Source of the DNA: Anaerolineae bacterium
GTDB taxonomy: Bacteria > Chloroflexota > Anaerolineae > UBA1429
Length of the DNA: 64,000 nucleotides
Direction: 5' to 3'
Assembly: GCA_963675785.1 (NCBI GenBank)
Contig: OY776562.1
Location: forward strand, 2,240,001 to 2,304,000
A program made the position numbers and the translations under genes. Positions 27,986-37,870 of the stretch are shown here, piece after piece (position 1 is the first letter of the stretch; each line of letters begins with the position of its first letter). The notes under the pieces are model-generated. The model saw nothing but the letters and a program-made list of their open reading frames with translations. It was not told the DNA's origin and ran no database searches.

Positions 27986-29423
27986 GGGCCGAGTCCTCCA
28001 AAGCCTCTACACAGACTTCTAGCCCCATACTGTGAGAGCCCTTGACAAGCACTGTATCGCCAAATTGGACGACATCGGCCAACGCCTGAACCGCCTCATC
28101 CGCCGAAGCAACTTGCATTACATTTGCCGCTGGCAATCCGACCTCTATTGCGGACTCTGCAAGCAGGCGTGCGCGCGTACCCACAGTCAATAGTTGATCG
28201 ACTCGCCCAAGGCAATGACGGCCGACCTCGCGATGCCCCACATCCTCAAGAGCGCCAAGTTCGAGCATATCGCCCAGAATAGCCACACGTCGCCCGGGCA
28301 TCTCGGCCAGCACATCGAGCGCCGCTTTCATTGAAGCCGGCCCCGCGTTATAGCTGTCATCCAGAATCCGTACGCCCTCGCGACCAACGCGTGGCACAAG
28401 CCTCAACCCATGCCCCTGAGCCACTAACCCGGCGGCAATTTGCTCCCAGTTCAAGCCCTCAATCAGGCCGACGGTTACAGCCAGCAGTGCCGCATTCACC
28501 GTATGGCGCCCAATGGTACTCGTCCGCAATTCCTGTTGGGTATCGTCCACATCGAAATCCTGCAGGCCAGACACATGTACGGTAAAGCGCATACCATCCA
28601 TGCCCAGATTTACGAACTCATCAGCACGAATATTGTTGTTCGCACCAAAACCGCACAGTATGCGAGATACGCCCTCAGCAAGAGGCATATCGGTCACACG
28701 CTCATCATCACCATTCAGTATGGCTACGCCACCAGCAGTCAAAGCACGCGGCAGCTCACTTTTGGCCTCAGCAATTCTCTCAATAGTTCCCAGGCGTTCC
28801 AAATGAAGCGGCTGCACGTTGGTAACTACACCCACATTGGGGCGAGCAATGCGACAAAGCAAGGCTATCTCGCCAAGGGCATACATGCCCATCTCGAGCA
28901 CAGCATGGGAATGTCGTTCTTCAAGCGCCATAAGGGTCAACGGCAGGCCGATCTCGTTGTTATGGTTGCCCTCACTCTTGAGCGTGCAGTATTTTTGCGA
29001 GAGAACCGAGGCGATAGCCTCTTTGGTCGTCGTTTTGCCAACACTGCCAGTAACAGCCACCACTTGCAGATCGCTGCGGCGCGCACGACGTGCTGTAGCC
29101 AACAACTGTAACGCCGCCAGGGTATCTTCTACAAGAATGGTTACCGGCCCTTGAATCTCATCGGGCGGTTCTGATACCTTGATACAGTCCACATCGTCGA
29201 TGGGACGAGAGATCAGAGCCGCAACGGCGCCTTCTCGAATAGCCGCGGCCACATAGCGATGGCCATCGGTTTTCTCTCCCAACAAGGCCACAAACAGGTC
29301 TCCCTGTTGAACCTCGCGGGAATCGATGCACACCCCCGAGATCACGACATCTCTGGCTCCAGCAGGTACCTTGAGACAACCGAGATCAAAAAGTACCTGC
29401 GCCAAATTCGTCAAGCCACTCAT
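27978..29423 (-). CDS. murF: UDP-MurNAc-tripeptide--D-Ala-D-Ala ligase
   Basis: IDSR, TGSVGKTTTKE, NHNNEIGLPLT, EMGM, DDSYNAGPASM, GDMLELG, VKGS. Confidence 0.96.
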   Translation of the reverse strand: MSGLTNLAQVLFDLGCLKVPAGARDVVISGVCIDSREVQQGDLFVALLGEKTDGHRYVAAAIREGAVAALISRPIDDVDCIKVSEPPDEIQGPVTILVEDTLAALQLLATARRARRSDLQVVAVTGSVGKTTTKEAIASVLSQKYCTLKSEGNHNNEIGLPLTLMALEERHSHAVLEMGMYALGEIALLCRIARPNVGVVTNVQPLHLERLGTIERIAEAKSELPRALTAGGVAILNGDDERVTDMPLAEGVSRILCGFGANNNIRADEFVNLGMDGMRFTVHVSGLQDFDVDDTQQELRTSTIGRHTVNAALLAVTVGLIEGLNWEQIAAGLVAQGHGLRLVPRVGREGVRILDDSYNAGPASMKAALDVLAEMPGRRVAILGDMLELGALEDVGHREVGRHCLGRVDQLLTVGTRARLLAESAIEVGLPAANVMQVASADEAVQALADVVQFGDTVLVKGSHSMGLEVCVEALEDSARG

Positions 29424-31147
29424 GATGATGTCGCCCCAACGGTATAGCTGTATGCCTGCGGTTTCAGGCCATAGTAATCGACGAGATATTGGGCCATATC
29501 GTGAAAAACGTCTTCCGTTGGATCAAAAAGCCAGTGCTGTGTCTCTGTCTTTTCCAACTTGACCAGAATAACGAATTGGGGATCAGGAAGAGGCCCATAG
29601 CCGATATAGATCATATAGGGCTCATCGTGCAGGTTGCCTGAATCGCCCGGCTCAGTCATTCGTCCCCACTGCGCCGCAAACGAATAGCCACTGGGGATGG
29701 CATCCGGCGTATTTTGTGCAGCAGAATTTGCCATCATGCCGGTAATATCAGCGCTTACCTGTTCAGAAACCACGCGCCGAACGGCAGTCGGCGATGTCTC
29801 AGTAGTCCCCGAATCCGTGCAAACTTCTTGAACGATGTATGGCCGCATCAAGATGCCGCCATTGGCCAGCGCCGCATAGGCGTTGACCAACTGAAGAGGC
29901 GTAACAGAAATCGCCTTGCCGATACTGTTACTGCCGAGCAAGCTCGTAGTCCACTCATCGCTGCCAGGAAAATAGACTGTACCCGCTGCTTCGCCGTACA
30001 AGTCAATGCCCGTGCGCTCGCCGAAACCAAACTCGCGAATCGATTCGTAGAATCGTGCCGATTGCAAAAGAGAAGCAACATAAGCCGTGCCCACATTGAG
30101 CGACTCGGACAGGATTCTGGACATAGAAGTTTCGCCATAAAAATCAGTGTTCTCATTCCAGATCGTCATTCCGCCGACGGTAATCTCGCCCCGATCGTCA
30201 TAAGTACTATTAGCCAGAACGACTCGCTCTTCCAGCCCCGCCGCCAGAGTAAGCGGTTTGAAGGTCGAGCGCGGCTCGAATATGTCACTAATCACCGTAT
30301 TCACATAGGCAGAAGAAGATGAGGCATTACCGTAATTGCCCGGATCATAAGTAGGCGAACAGGCCATAGTGATAATGGCGCCCGTATCTACATCCATCAC
30401 AACAATGTTACCAATTTCGGCACTGCTGGTATAGACGGCTTCAGCCAATAGTTCCTCGGCATAAGCCTGTACATTGCGATCGATGGTGAGGACAACGTCG
30501 CTCCCATCCTTCACTGGCACATAATCCTCTCTGGAGAAAGCCAGATCGCCGCCCATCACGTCGCTGACGGCATACCATGTACCATCCAAACCTTCGAGCT
30601 CGTCGTTATAACTGACCTCAATCCCGTACCGAGGAACAAAATCCCCTTCCCACAACTGGATAAAGCCAAGGACATTCGCTGCTAGCTGACCATTGGGATA
30701 AACGCGAGCACTTTTCTGTTCCAGCAGAAAAGCCGCGTAATCGAGATCCTCGATCTGCAGTGCCTGAGTCAAAGGCACATCATCAGCCACCAAAGAATAG
30801 TCTGTGGTCTCATCAGTCAGGGCAGCCACCATATCCTCAAAGGGCAGATCTAATATCTCTGAAAGTGTGACTGCCAGTTCTTCCACATCTTCCTCCCAGA
30901 TCATACTGGGAGAGCAGGTAATCTTGTACGAGCTGCTGCTAACAGCCAAAAGCTGCCCCGTGGCATCTAGGATGTTGCCACGTATGGCCTCAACAGTTTC
31001 GATCTCTACTGTAGATGTTTCTTCTGCATCCCAGGGGCGCAGCACTTGAATTTGTACAAGGCGCCCAGACATGACAAGGCCCACCGCCGCAAAAATCACA
31101 GCAACCAGATAAAGCCGGCTTGTCTGTCGCAAAGGGCCATCGTTCAT
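29420..31147 (-). CDS. ftsI: Class B penicillin-binding protein (FtsI/PBP3 position) with degenerate motif 3
   Basis: RGNILD, RVYP, GIE, LTID, EPRSTFK (SxxK), SLN (SxN), TPLQL. The KTG position reads AAQWGR. Confidence 0.88.
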   Translation of the reverse strand: MNDGPLRQTSRLYLVAVIFAAVGLVMSGRLVQIQVLRPWDAEETSTVEIETVEAIRGNILDATGQLLAVSSSSYKITCSPSMIWEEDVEELAVTLSEILDLPFEDMVAALTDETTDYSLVADDVPLTQALQIEDLDYAAFLLEQKSARVYPNGQLAANVLGFIQLWEGDFVPRYGIEVSYNDELEGLDGTWYAVSDVMGGDLAFSREDYVPVKDGSDVVLTIDRNVQAYAEELLAEAVYTSSAEIGNIVVMDVDTGAIITMACSPTYDPGNYGNASSSSAYVNTVISDIFEPRSTFKPLTLAAGLEERVVLANSTYDDRGEITVGGMTIWNENTDFYGETSMSRILSESLNVGTAYVASLLQSARFYESIREFGFGERTGIDLYGEAAGTVYFPGSDEWTTSLLGSNSIGKAISVTPLQLVNAYAALANGGILMRPYIVQEVCTDSGTTETSPTAVRRVVSEQVSADITGMMANSAAQNTPDAIPSGYSFAAQWGRMTEPGDSGNLHDEPYMIYIGYGPLPDPQFVILVKLEKTETQHWLFDPTEDVFHDMAQYLVDYYGLKPQAYSYTVGATSS

Positions 31148-31162
31148 GCCATTAGCCGCCTG

Positions 31163-31651
31163 TTACTCTTCACTATCGGGGGGCTCAGCCACCCAGCCCA
31201 AATACTGTAAAAGTCTGCTGAACAAACTCGATTCAGCTGCATCACTATTTGTAGATGGAATATCTGCTACAGAAGAAGGCGACACAGAAGACTCTGCGAT
31301 TTCCTCCACGACAATCTCTACTACAGAGGCGTCATTGGCGCTGGTCAAGGTGTAGTCGTTCGCTTCTGCATAAGCCTCTATATCAGCCAAAGCGCTGGCC
31401 TGGGCGATTTCGGCATTCAGACCCGAGATCTCAAGCCGAAGCCGCTGCTTTTGCTCTTCCAGCAAGCGAACATCGTTACTGTAGCTAGCTACACGGCTGG
31501 TCTCTTCCAGGTTAAGCCAGGCTCCAATAGACAAAACGAGCAAAGTCAGGCCAAATACAAGCCAGCGACGCACATAGATATGCGTCCAGCCCCCACGAGA
31601 AAGCGGCCCGCCAGCCTGATAGAATATCTCTTTGTCGCGATCACTCGTCAT
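31163..31651 (-). CDS. ftsL: FtsL-like septum protein
   Basis: Single TM followed by a coiled coil (LEEQKQRLRLEISGL); lies between rsmH and ftsI. Confidence 0.7.
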   Translation of the reverse strand: MTSDRDKEIFYQAGGPLSRGGWTHIYVRRWLVFGLTLLVLSIGAWLNLEETSRVASYSNDVRLLEEQKQRLRLEISGLNAEIAQASALADIEAYAEANDYTLTSANDASVVEIVVEEIAESSVSPSSVADIPSTNSDAAESSLFSRLLQYLGWVAEPPDSEE

Positions 31652-32595
31652 TTGCTGCCTCTTTCAGGGGCAGACAGCCTAGCTGCTATGCGCAGTCGAG
31701 AGCTCCGGCTTCGAGGATTCAGCGCGATCTCAGCCTCATCCGCCATAATCGGCTTCCTCGTCACCCGTTCAACTGTCGCCACATGATCACAAACACATTG
31801 AGGAACATGGGGCGGACAGATGCAATCCTGTGATTCTCGAACTATAAACTGCTTGACGATACGGTCTTCAAGCGAATGAAACGAGATTACCGCCAGCCGT
31901 CCTCCCGGCTTTAACAGGGAAACTGCTTGCGGCAGCACCTCAGTTAACTGATCGAGTTCTGTGTTTACAGCGATGCGCAGCCCCTGAAAGGTGCGTGTCG
32001 CAGGATGGATGCGCCCTCCCGGCATCACACGAGCAACGCAGCTCGCGAGTTCGGCCGTAGTGCGAAACGGGCGACTCTTGACGATAGCACTGGCAATCCG
32101 GCGCGATCGGCGCTCTTCGCCATACTCATAGATGACGCGAGCGATCTCATCCTCAGGCCAGGTATTCACAATATCGGCAGCACTATAGTCACAATCAGGT
32201 CCCATACGCATATCCAAAGGACCTTCGCTCTGAAAAGAAAAGCCGCGCTCTGCCGAATCAAGTTGCATTGAAGAAACGCCCAGATCAAGCAAAATGCCGT
32301 CTACCTGATCAAATCCACTTTGCACCGCCACTTTTGCCATATCACAAAACGGCGTTTGTGCAAAGGTAATACGTCCGCCAAAGACGGCCAAGTTTTGTCT
32401 GGCGATGGCAATCGCCGCCGGGTCTCGATCCAGACAAAGGAGGCGACCATCAGGAGCCGAACGCTCGGCAATACCTCGAGAATGCCCTCCCAGTCCTACC
32501 GTCCCATCGATATAAAGCCCGCCAGGATGTACTGCCAGGCCATCAAGCACTGGTTTATATAGAACGGGAATATGCCCTGGCTCTGTGGCTGTCAT
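31648..32595 (-). CDS. rsmH: 16S rRNA m4C1402 methyltransferase
   Basis: HIPVL, DGTVGLGGHS, DLGVSSMQLD, PLDMRM, ISFHSLEDRIVK, NPRSRS. Confidence 0.97.
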   Translation of the reverse strand: MTATEPGHIPVLYKPVLDGLAVHPGGLYIDGTVGLGGHSRGIAERSAPDGRLLCLDRDPAAIAIARQNLAVFGGRITFAQTPFCDMAKVAVQSGFDQVDGILLDLGVSSMQLDSAERGFSFQSEGPLDMRMGPDCDYSAADIVNTWPEDEIARVIYEYGEERRSRRIASAIVKSRPFRTTAELASCVARVMPGGRIHPATRTFQGLRIAVNTELDQLTEVLPQAVSLLKPGGRLAVISFHSLEDRIVKQFIVRESQDCICPPHVPQCVCDHVATVERVTRKPIMADEAEIALNPRSRSSRLRIAARLSAPERGSK

Positions 32596-33026
32596 TTTTT
32601 CTCTTTATCGCCCATCTGTCTAAAGATATCGGGAATCGCGAGCTCTTCTGCTTCGTTCATCTCGCGCCAGTATGCCAGTTCCCATATCTCAAAATAGGTA
32701 TTGGCACCAATGATCATGGTTTCGCGTTCAATATGGGCATAATCACGCATAAAAGCCGGCAGGAGAATTCGGCCCATCTTATCAAGTGCAGTCTCATAGG
32801 CACTGCTATAGACAACGCGTGTATAGCGCATAACGGTTTCGTCATTTTGGGGCATCCTGGCGAGGTTGGCAGATAATTCATCCCAGAGAGGGCGAGGATA
32901 GGCGCGAATCACCGAGCTGGGGGCGAAGCACATGACAAGGCCGCCTTCGAGTTCGTCGCGAAAACGCGCCGGAACTGTCAGACGTCCCTTCGAATCCATG
33001 TTGTGTTCAAAGCGACCCGCGAACAC
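32592..33026 (-). CDS. mraZ: Transcriptional regulator MraZ
   Basis: MFAGRFEHNMDSKGRLTVPARFR and DKMGRILLP (two DxxGR repeats). Confidence 0.95.
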   Translation of the reverse strand: MFAGRFEHNMDSKGRLTVPARFRDELEGGLVMCFAPSSVIRAYPRPLWDELSANLARMPQNDETVMRYTRVVYSSAYETALDKMGRILLPAFMRDYAHIERETMIIGANTYFEIWELAYWREMNEAEELAIPDIFRQMGDKEKK

Positions 33027-33058
33027 GAAAGATCCTTCCCTGGCCTGCCCTTTTTATG

Positions 33059-33183
33059 CCACTTTGGGGAAACACACTCCCCTACATGGGATAACAAGCC
33101 ACAATATGGTTTGTATATTCCACATCGTACCATTTATCCCCACAACTTACCACAAGTATATTCCACAAAACCCGGTTTGCCAA
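33059..33183 (-). promoter_or_regulatory. dcw promoter TTGGCA-N17-TATACT with an MraZ-box (GTGG) array
   Basis: -10 at 33155-33160, -35 at 33178-33183. CCAC/CCAT on + at 33120, 33130, 33140 and 33150 (10-bp period), plus 33059, 33079, 33099 and 33163. Confidence 0.75.
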
Positions 33184-33279
33184 TAGTTTTGAGAACTAAA
33201 AACGCACTTGGGGGAAGGAAAAACGCCTTTTTGTACAGATTGGAGAGACTATGTACGCGAGTTTTACGCGGGGTTGTGC

Positions 33280-33927
33280 TTAGAGATAGAGGCGATGATC
33301 GCGGATATATTCTTCAACGTCGGCAGGCACTTGATAGCAGATAGGTCGCCCTACATGCAGACGTTCCCGAATGTCTGTTGAGGAAATGCCAATTTGTAGC
33401 GTATCGATAAAAATACAGCGCTCTTGTAGCGGAGGCAATACCTGATATGCCTCCTGGATCTGTATCTCACAGCCTGGTCGGGTGACCACAGCAATCTTGG
33501 CCATATCCAGAATGCCTTGAGGATTCCGCCAGTGGTGAAACGTCATCAACGAGTCCATGCCCATGATAAAAAACAACTCTGTCCCCGGCAGCGCCTCTGT
33601 GAGCATCCCGAGTGTTTCGACGGTGAAAGAAGGCCCCCTTCGGGAAACGTCAATATGCGAAAGCACAAAATGTGGGTTACCCGCTATAGCGAGACGCACC
33701 ATCTCCAAACGATGATCAATCGCCCCCGCCTGCAACCCCTGCTTTAGTGGCGATATGCGCGCCGGTACAAAGAGCACCTTGTCTAGCATCAGAACATGCC
33801 GGGCCTCTTCGGCCACAATGAGATGCCCGGTGTGAATGGGGTCAAACGTCCCTCCGTAAACGCCGAGACGTTCGACCCCTCGCAGGTCAGCCAGCTCTTG
33901 CTGCCATACGCTATCCTCTAGTCCCAT
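33280..33927 (-). CDS. nadD: Nicotinate-nucleotide adenylyltransferase
   Basis: GGTFDPIHTGHL, FIMGMDS, ISSTDIR. Confidence 0.96.
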   Translation of the reverse strand: MGLEDSVWQQELADLRGVERLGVYGGTFDPIHTGHLIVAEEARHVLMLDKVLFVPARISPLKQGLQAGAIDHRLEMVRLAIAGNPHFVLSHIDVSRRGPSFTVETLGMLTEALPGTELFFIMGMDSLMTFHHWRNPQGILDMAKIAVVTRPGCEIQIQEAYQVLPPLQERCIFIDTLQIGISSTDIRERLHVGRPICYQVPADVEEYIRDHRLYL

Positions 33928-35177
33928 TGCAGCTCCAGATCACCAATGAACACCGTATCGCCAAAGGCCACACCCGCTTCCTCGGCTTGCGCCGAGACGC
34001 CTCGCGACACGAGAATGCGTTCAAAACGTTCGGCACCTTCATCATTGAACCAGTCGGTCATAGCCGCCAGACGTTCGATCTCAACGCCGCTAAAGCGCCA
34101 TACTCCTGGCTCCAGCTCTTCGATGGTAACCAGGTGGGGATTGATCTCTGCCGGTTTAAAGACAAACATCTCGTCGGGCTCTTGTTCTTCGGGCAGTGCC
34201 TGCAAGGTATCGGCAATAGCGCGAAGCACTTCTTGCAGTCCTTCGCCACTTACGCCCGACATAGCATAAACATGATCCACCTTGCCAGCCAAAGCCTCGC
34301 GAACAAGTTGCAGAATCTCTCGCGCCTCGGTCACGTCAATCTTGTTCAACACCACAATCTGCGGCTTGGCCGCCAGACGCTCACTATAGAGAGCCAGCTC
34401 TTTGTTGATGGCTTCATAGTCGGCCAAAGGGTCTTCGGCAGTACCATCCAACAAATGAACCAGCAAGCGGGTTCGTTCCACATGCCGTAAAAAATCGAGC
34501 CCCAGACCCACGCCCTGATGAGCCCCTTCGATAAGTCCGGGAATATCCGCCACCACAAAAGACCGTTGATCTACTTCAGCTACGCCAAGGTTCGGGCTCA
34601 ACGTTGTAAAGGGATAGTCGGCAATTTTGGGGTGGGCCTTGCTGATGCGCGACAAAAAGGTTGACTTGCCCGCATTGGGTTTTCCCAACAGGCCAACGTC
34701 GGCGATGAGTTTGAGCTCGAGCCGAAGCTCGCGCCGTTGCCCAGGGCCGCCCTTCTCGGCAAAGTGAGGGGCCTGACGTGTCGAGGATTTGAAAACTGTG
34801 TTTCCCCGTCCGCCACGGCCGCCAGCAGCAACGAGACAGGTCTCACCATCCTTGGTTAAATCACCCAGCAACTCGCCGGTTCGGGCGTCATACGCGACCG
34901 TACCCTCAGGCACATCAATATAGAGATCTTTGCCTGAAACACCCTGTTTAAGCGAGCCCTGGCCCGCCTCGCCATGATCGGCGCTGTATTCCTGCCGGTG
35001 CGCAAAAGACATGAGCGTATTCTGGTGCACCGTGGCACGCAGATAAATAGAGCCTCCGCGGCCACCATTGCCACCATCAGGGCCTCCCAACGCCACATAC
35101 TTTTCGCGGCGAAAATGCGCTGCCCCAGCACCCCCGTCACCGGCTTTAACGGTTATTCGGGCTTGATCAATAAACAC
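33918..35177 (-). CDS. obgE: GTPase ObgE/CgtA with C-terminal OCT domain
   Basis: FRREKYVALGGPDGGNGG, GKPNAGKS, YPFTT, DIPGLIEGA, NKID. Confidence 0.97.
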   Translation of the reverse strand: MFIDQARITVKAGDGGAGAAHFRREKYVALGGPDGGNGGRGGSIYLRATVHQNTLMSFAHRQEYSADHGEAGQGSLKQGVSGKDLYIDVPEGTVAYDARTGELLGDLTKDGETCLVAAGGRGGRGNTVFKSSTRQAPHFAEKGGPGQRRELRLELKLIADVGLLGKPNAGKSTFLSRISKAHPKIADYPFTTLSPNLGVAEVDQRSFVVADIPGLIEGAHQGVGLGLDFLRHVERTRLLVHLLDGTAEDPLADYEAINKELALYSERLAAKPQIVVLNKIDVTEAREILQLVREALAGKVDHVYAMSGVSGEGLQEVLRAIADTLQALPEEQEPDEMFVFKPAEINPHLVTIEELEPGVWRFSGVEIERLAAMTDWFNDEGAERFERILVSRGVSAQAEEAGVAFGDTVFIGDLELQWD

Positions 35178-35218
35178 GCCATATCCTCCCGCACTCTAGC
35201 AGAGCCAGAGCGCTCTTT

Positions 35219-37165
35219 TCATCGCTTGCTGCGATGTAGTTTTTCCAAATGAATCAACAATACGGATACATCCGCCGGGTTTACGCCCGAGATGCGTGAT
35301 GCCTGCCCCAAAGTCAGCGGACGATGATGGATTAACCTCTCTCGCGCCTCGGTTCGTAACCCTTGCATTGCCGCATAATCCACATCCTCTGGGATGTGCA
35401 TCGTTTCCAGGCGCTTGGTGCGTTCAACCTGACGCTGCTGCTTGGCAACATAACCAGCATAAAGAATGTCTGTGCAAACCTGTTCGGCCAAATCATCAGA
35501 CATAGGCTGTTCAGGCGGGCAAAGCGCTTCTATTACATCATAGGTCATTCCGGGTCGGCTGAGAAGTTGTCGGGCGGAAACACCATCATGAAGCTCGTCC
35601 AAACCAAAATGCTCCAGCACACCCATTGCATCCCGCGGAGAAATTCTGATTCCTTCCAGGCGAGTTATTTCGTTTTCAACAGCTTGCTGGCGCCCAACAG
35701 CACGGGCGTACTGGGCCTCACTGATAAGGCCGGTACGTTTGCCCTCCTCTTTAAGGCGCACGTCGGCGTTATCCTGACGCAATAGCAGGCGATATTCAGC
35801 TCGTGACGTGAGCATCCGGTAGGGCTCGTGATGCTCTTTGGTGATGAGGTCGTCCACCAATACACCCAAATAAGCCTCTTCACGCCCCAACACTAGGGGT
35901 TCTTCCTCTCGGCAATAGAGCGCTGCATTGGCACCCGCCAATAACCCCTGCGAAGCAGCCTCTTCATACCCCGAAGTGCCGTTGATCTGGCCTGCCAAAA
36001 AGAGCCCCGCACAACGCCTCGTCTCTAACGAAGGTTTGATCTGATGCGGTGGAACAAAGTCATAATCAATGGCATAGCCGGGGCGCATGATGCGCGCGTC
36101 TTCCAACCCGGGCACACTATGCAGCATCTCACGCTGCACGTCGGCTGGCATACCTGTAAAACAACCCTGCACGTAAATCTCTCCCGTAGCAAAGCCCTCT
36201 GGCTCTAGAAACAGGTGGTGACTGAGCTTTTCGGGAAAGCGCATGATCTTTTCTTCGATGGAAGGGCAATAGCGCGGACCTTCGCCCTCTGTAACACCTG
36301 AGCCAATTGGCGAGCGGTGCATATTGTCTCGAATAATCTTGTGCGTACGCTCGTTAGTAGCAGTGAGATAACAGGGAACCTGTTGTCGCCAGATGGTCTG
36401 ATGGTCAATGGGCAAAACAGGATTGATGGGCAGTGTATAAGCGCCCTCGGTGGTGCGATCGAACGAAAAATAGAGAGGGACATCGCTACCGTATTGCTGC
36501 CTAGTTCTCTCAAAGTGCACTGTGCGCGCATCCACCCGGGGCGGCGTATTGGTTTGCAGGCGCCCCACCTCAAATCCCAGCTCACGTAGTGAGGCAGTTA
36601 GTCCGTGCGCCGGAAACTCGCCTGCACGACCGGCCTCTTTGCGAAATTCACCTTCGAGGATGCGGCCATTGAGAAACGTTCCCGAAGCCAGTACCACGGC
36701 ACGACAATCAACCTGCTCACCGCGTTCCAAAACCACGCCGCGGATACGTCCGTCTTTGGCGAGTAACCCAATAATCTGGCCTTGTTCCAAATCCAAATTG
36801 GGCGCTGATTCAATAACGTGCTTCATGCGCAAGGAATAAAGGCGCTTATCTGCTTGGGCGCGCAATGCCTGCACCGCAGGTCCGCGAGATTCGTTCAACA
36901 TACGAATCTGTATCAAAGTCATATCCGTATTGCGTGCCATGGCGCCGCCCAGTGCATCTATCTCTCGCACCAGATGTGCTTTGCCAGGACCGCCAATACT
37001 GGGATTGCAGGGCATATGCCCTATAAGATCCATATTCATGGTAACAAGAAGAGTGCGGCAACCAATACGGGCCGCCGCCAGAGCTGCCTCACAGCCAGCA
37101 TGGCCAGCACCTGCTACAACAACATCATACGCGTACGCGCTAGTTCCTGTTTGCTGCTTAGCCAT
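35219..37165 (-). CDS. mnmG: tRNA U34 carboxymethylaminomethyl modification enzyme MnmG (GidA)
   Basis: GAGHAGCEAA, CNPSIGG, GPRYCPSIE, AGQINGTSGYEEA, PYRMLTSRAEYRL. Confidence 0.97.
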   Translation of the reverse strand: MAKQQTGTSAYAYDVVVAGAGHAGCEAALAAARIGCRTLLVTMNMDLIGHMPCNPSIGGPGKAHLVREIDALGGAMARNTDMTLIQIRMLNESRGPAVQALRAQADKRLYSLRMKHVIESAPNLDLEQGQIIGLLAKDGRIRGVVLERGEQVDCRAVVLASGTFLNGRILEGEFRKEAGRAGEFPAHGLTASLRELGFEVGRLQTNTPPRVDARTVHFERTRQQYGSDVPLYFSFDRTTEGAYTLPINPVLPIDHQTIWRQQVPCYLTATNERTHKIIRDNMHRSPIGSGVTEGEGPRYCPSIEEKIMRFPEKLSHHLFLEPEGFATGEIYVQGCFTGMPADVQREMLHSVPGLEDARIMRPGYAIDYDFVPPHQIKPSLETRRCAGLFLAGQINGTSGYEEAASQGLLAGANAALYCREEEPLVLGREEAYLGVLVDDLITKEHHEPYRMLTSRAEYRLLLRQDNADVRLKEEGKRTGLISEAQYARAVGRQQAVENEITRLEGIRISPRDAMGVLEHFGLDELHDGVSARQLLSRPGMTYDVIEALCPPEQPMSDDLAEQVCTDILYAGYVAKQQRQVERTKRLETMHIPEDVDYAAMQGLRTEARERLIHHRPLTLGQASRISGVNPADVSVLLIHLEKLHRSKR

Positions 37166-37778
37166 TCTGGTGATCCAACTCTTCCCAAACGAGGCGGTGC
37201 ACCGTAGCCCGGAATCGACCCCAATCGGCCCACTGCCCGGTGAGTGCCTCCATTTGGCTGGCTTCTGTTAATAGTTCGTTAGCCACAACTTCTCGAAACT
37301 CGCAGATGCCCTCATCTTCGTCCTCAGGTACAAGCTGTCCCTCGTTCTGTGAGACCAAAAAGACAAAGGAGACAAAGTCCAACTGATCCTCATCGCGCCG
37401 AAAATGATGGTGGACGATGCCCATAAAACGCTCAATATCGACATCAAGCCCGGTTTCTTCGCGCGTCTCTCTGCAAAGAGCATGAATGAGATCTTCACCC
37501 GGTTCGACCCCACCTGTTAACAGACGAAAAGTCCCCACAGGATAGTGCGCCTTGGTATGAACAACATAGTGGTGATCCGAACGTTCAAGCACGGGCACCA
37601 CTTCGCTTAATCGTCCGGAAGTTACATCCTGCCAATAAGCGAACGTATCGTCTCCTACAAGATAGGTCACATGGACTTCTCTGGGCTGGCCGTACCGTTC
37701 GATGGCCTGACTCACACCAGAAGCTCCCCCGAGCTCAATCTGCATCACCAACGCCTCCGCGGCTTGATTATTCAACAT
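37158..37778 (-). CDS. NUDIX hydrolase
   Basis: Nudix box GGVEPGEDLIHALCRETREETGL. Confidence 0.88.
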   Translation of the reverse strand: MLNNQAAEALVMQIELGGASGVSQAIERYGQPREVHVTYLVGDDTFAYWQDVTSGRLSEVVPVLERSDHHYVVHTKAHYPVGTFRLLTGGVEPGEDLIHALCRETREETGLDVDIERFMGIVHHHFRRDEDQLDFVSFVFLVSQNEGQLVPEDEDEGICEFREVVANELLTEASQMEALTGQWADWGRFRATVHRLVWEELDHQNG

Positions 37779-37870
37779 TTGATTATAGCATAGAGAGCAG
37801 CGCTGGTTAAAACCCTATATCTAGCTTTTGCGTATATAATATGCATATATACGAATGGAGGCCAAGAAAC

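Noticed and set aside
33059-33167. Possible mini-CRISPR or iteron array
   Set aside because: Units are 4-5 bp at 10/20-bp period upstream of mraZ and there are no cas or rep genes; explained by MraZ boxes.
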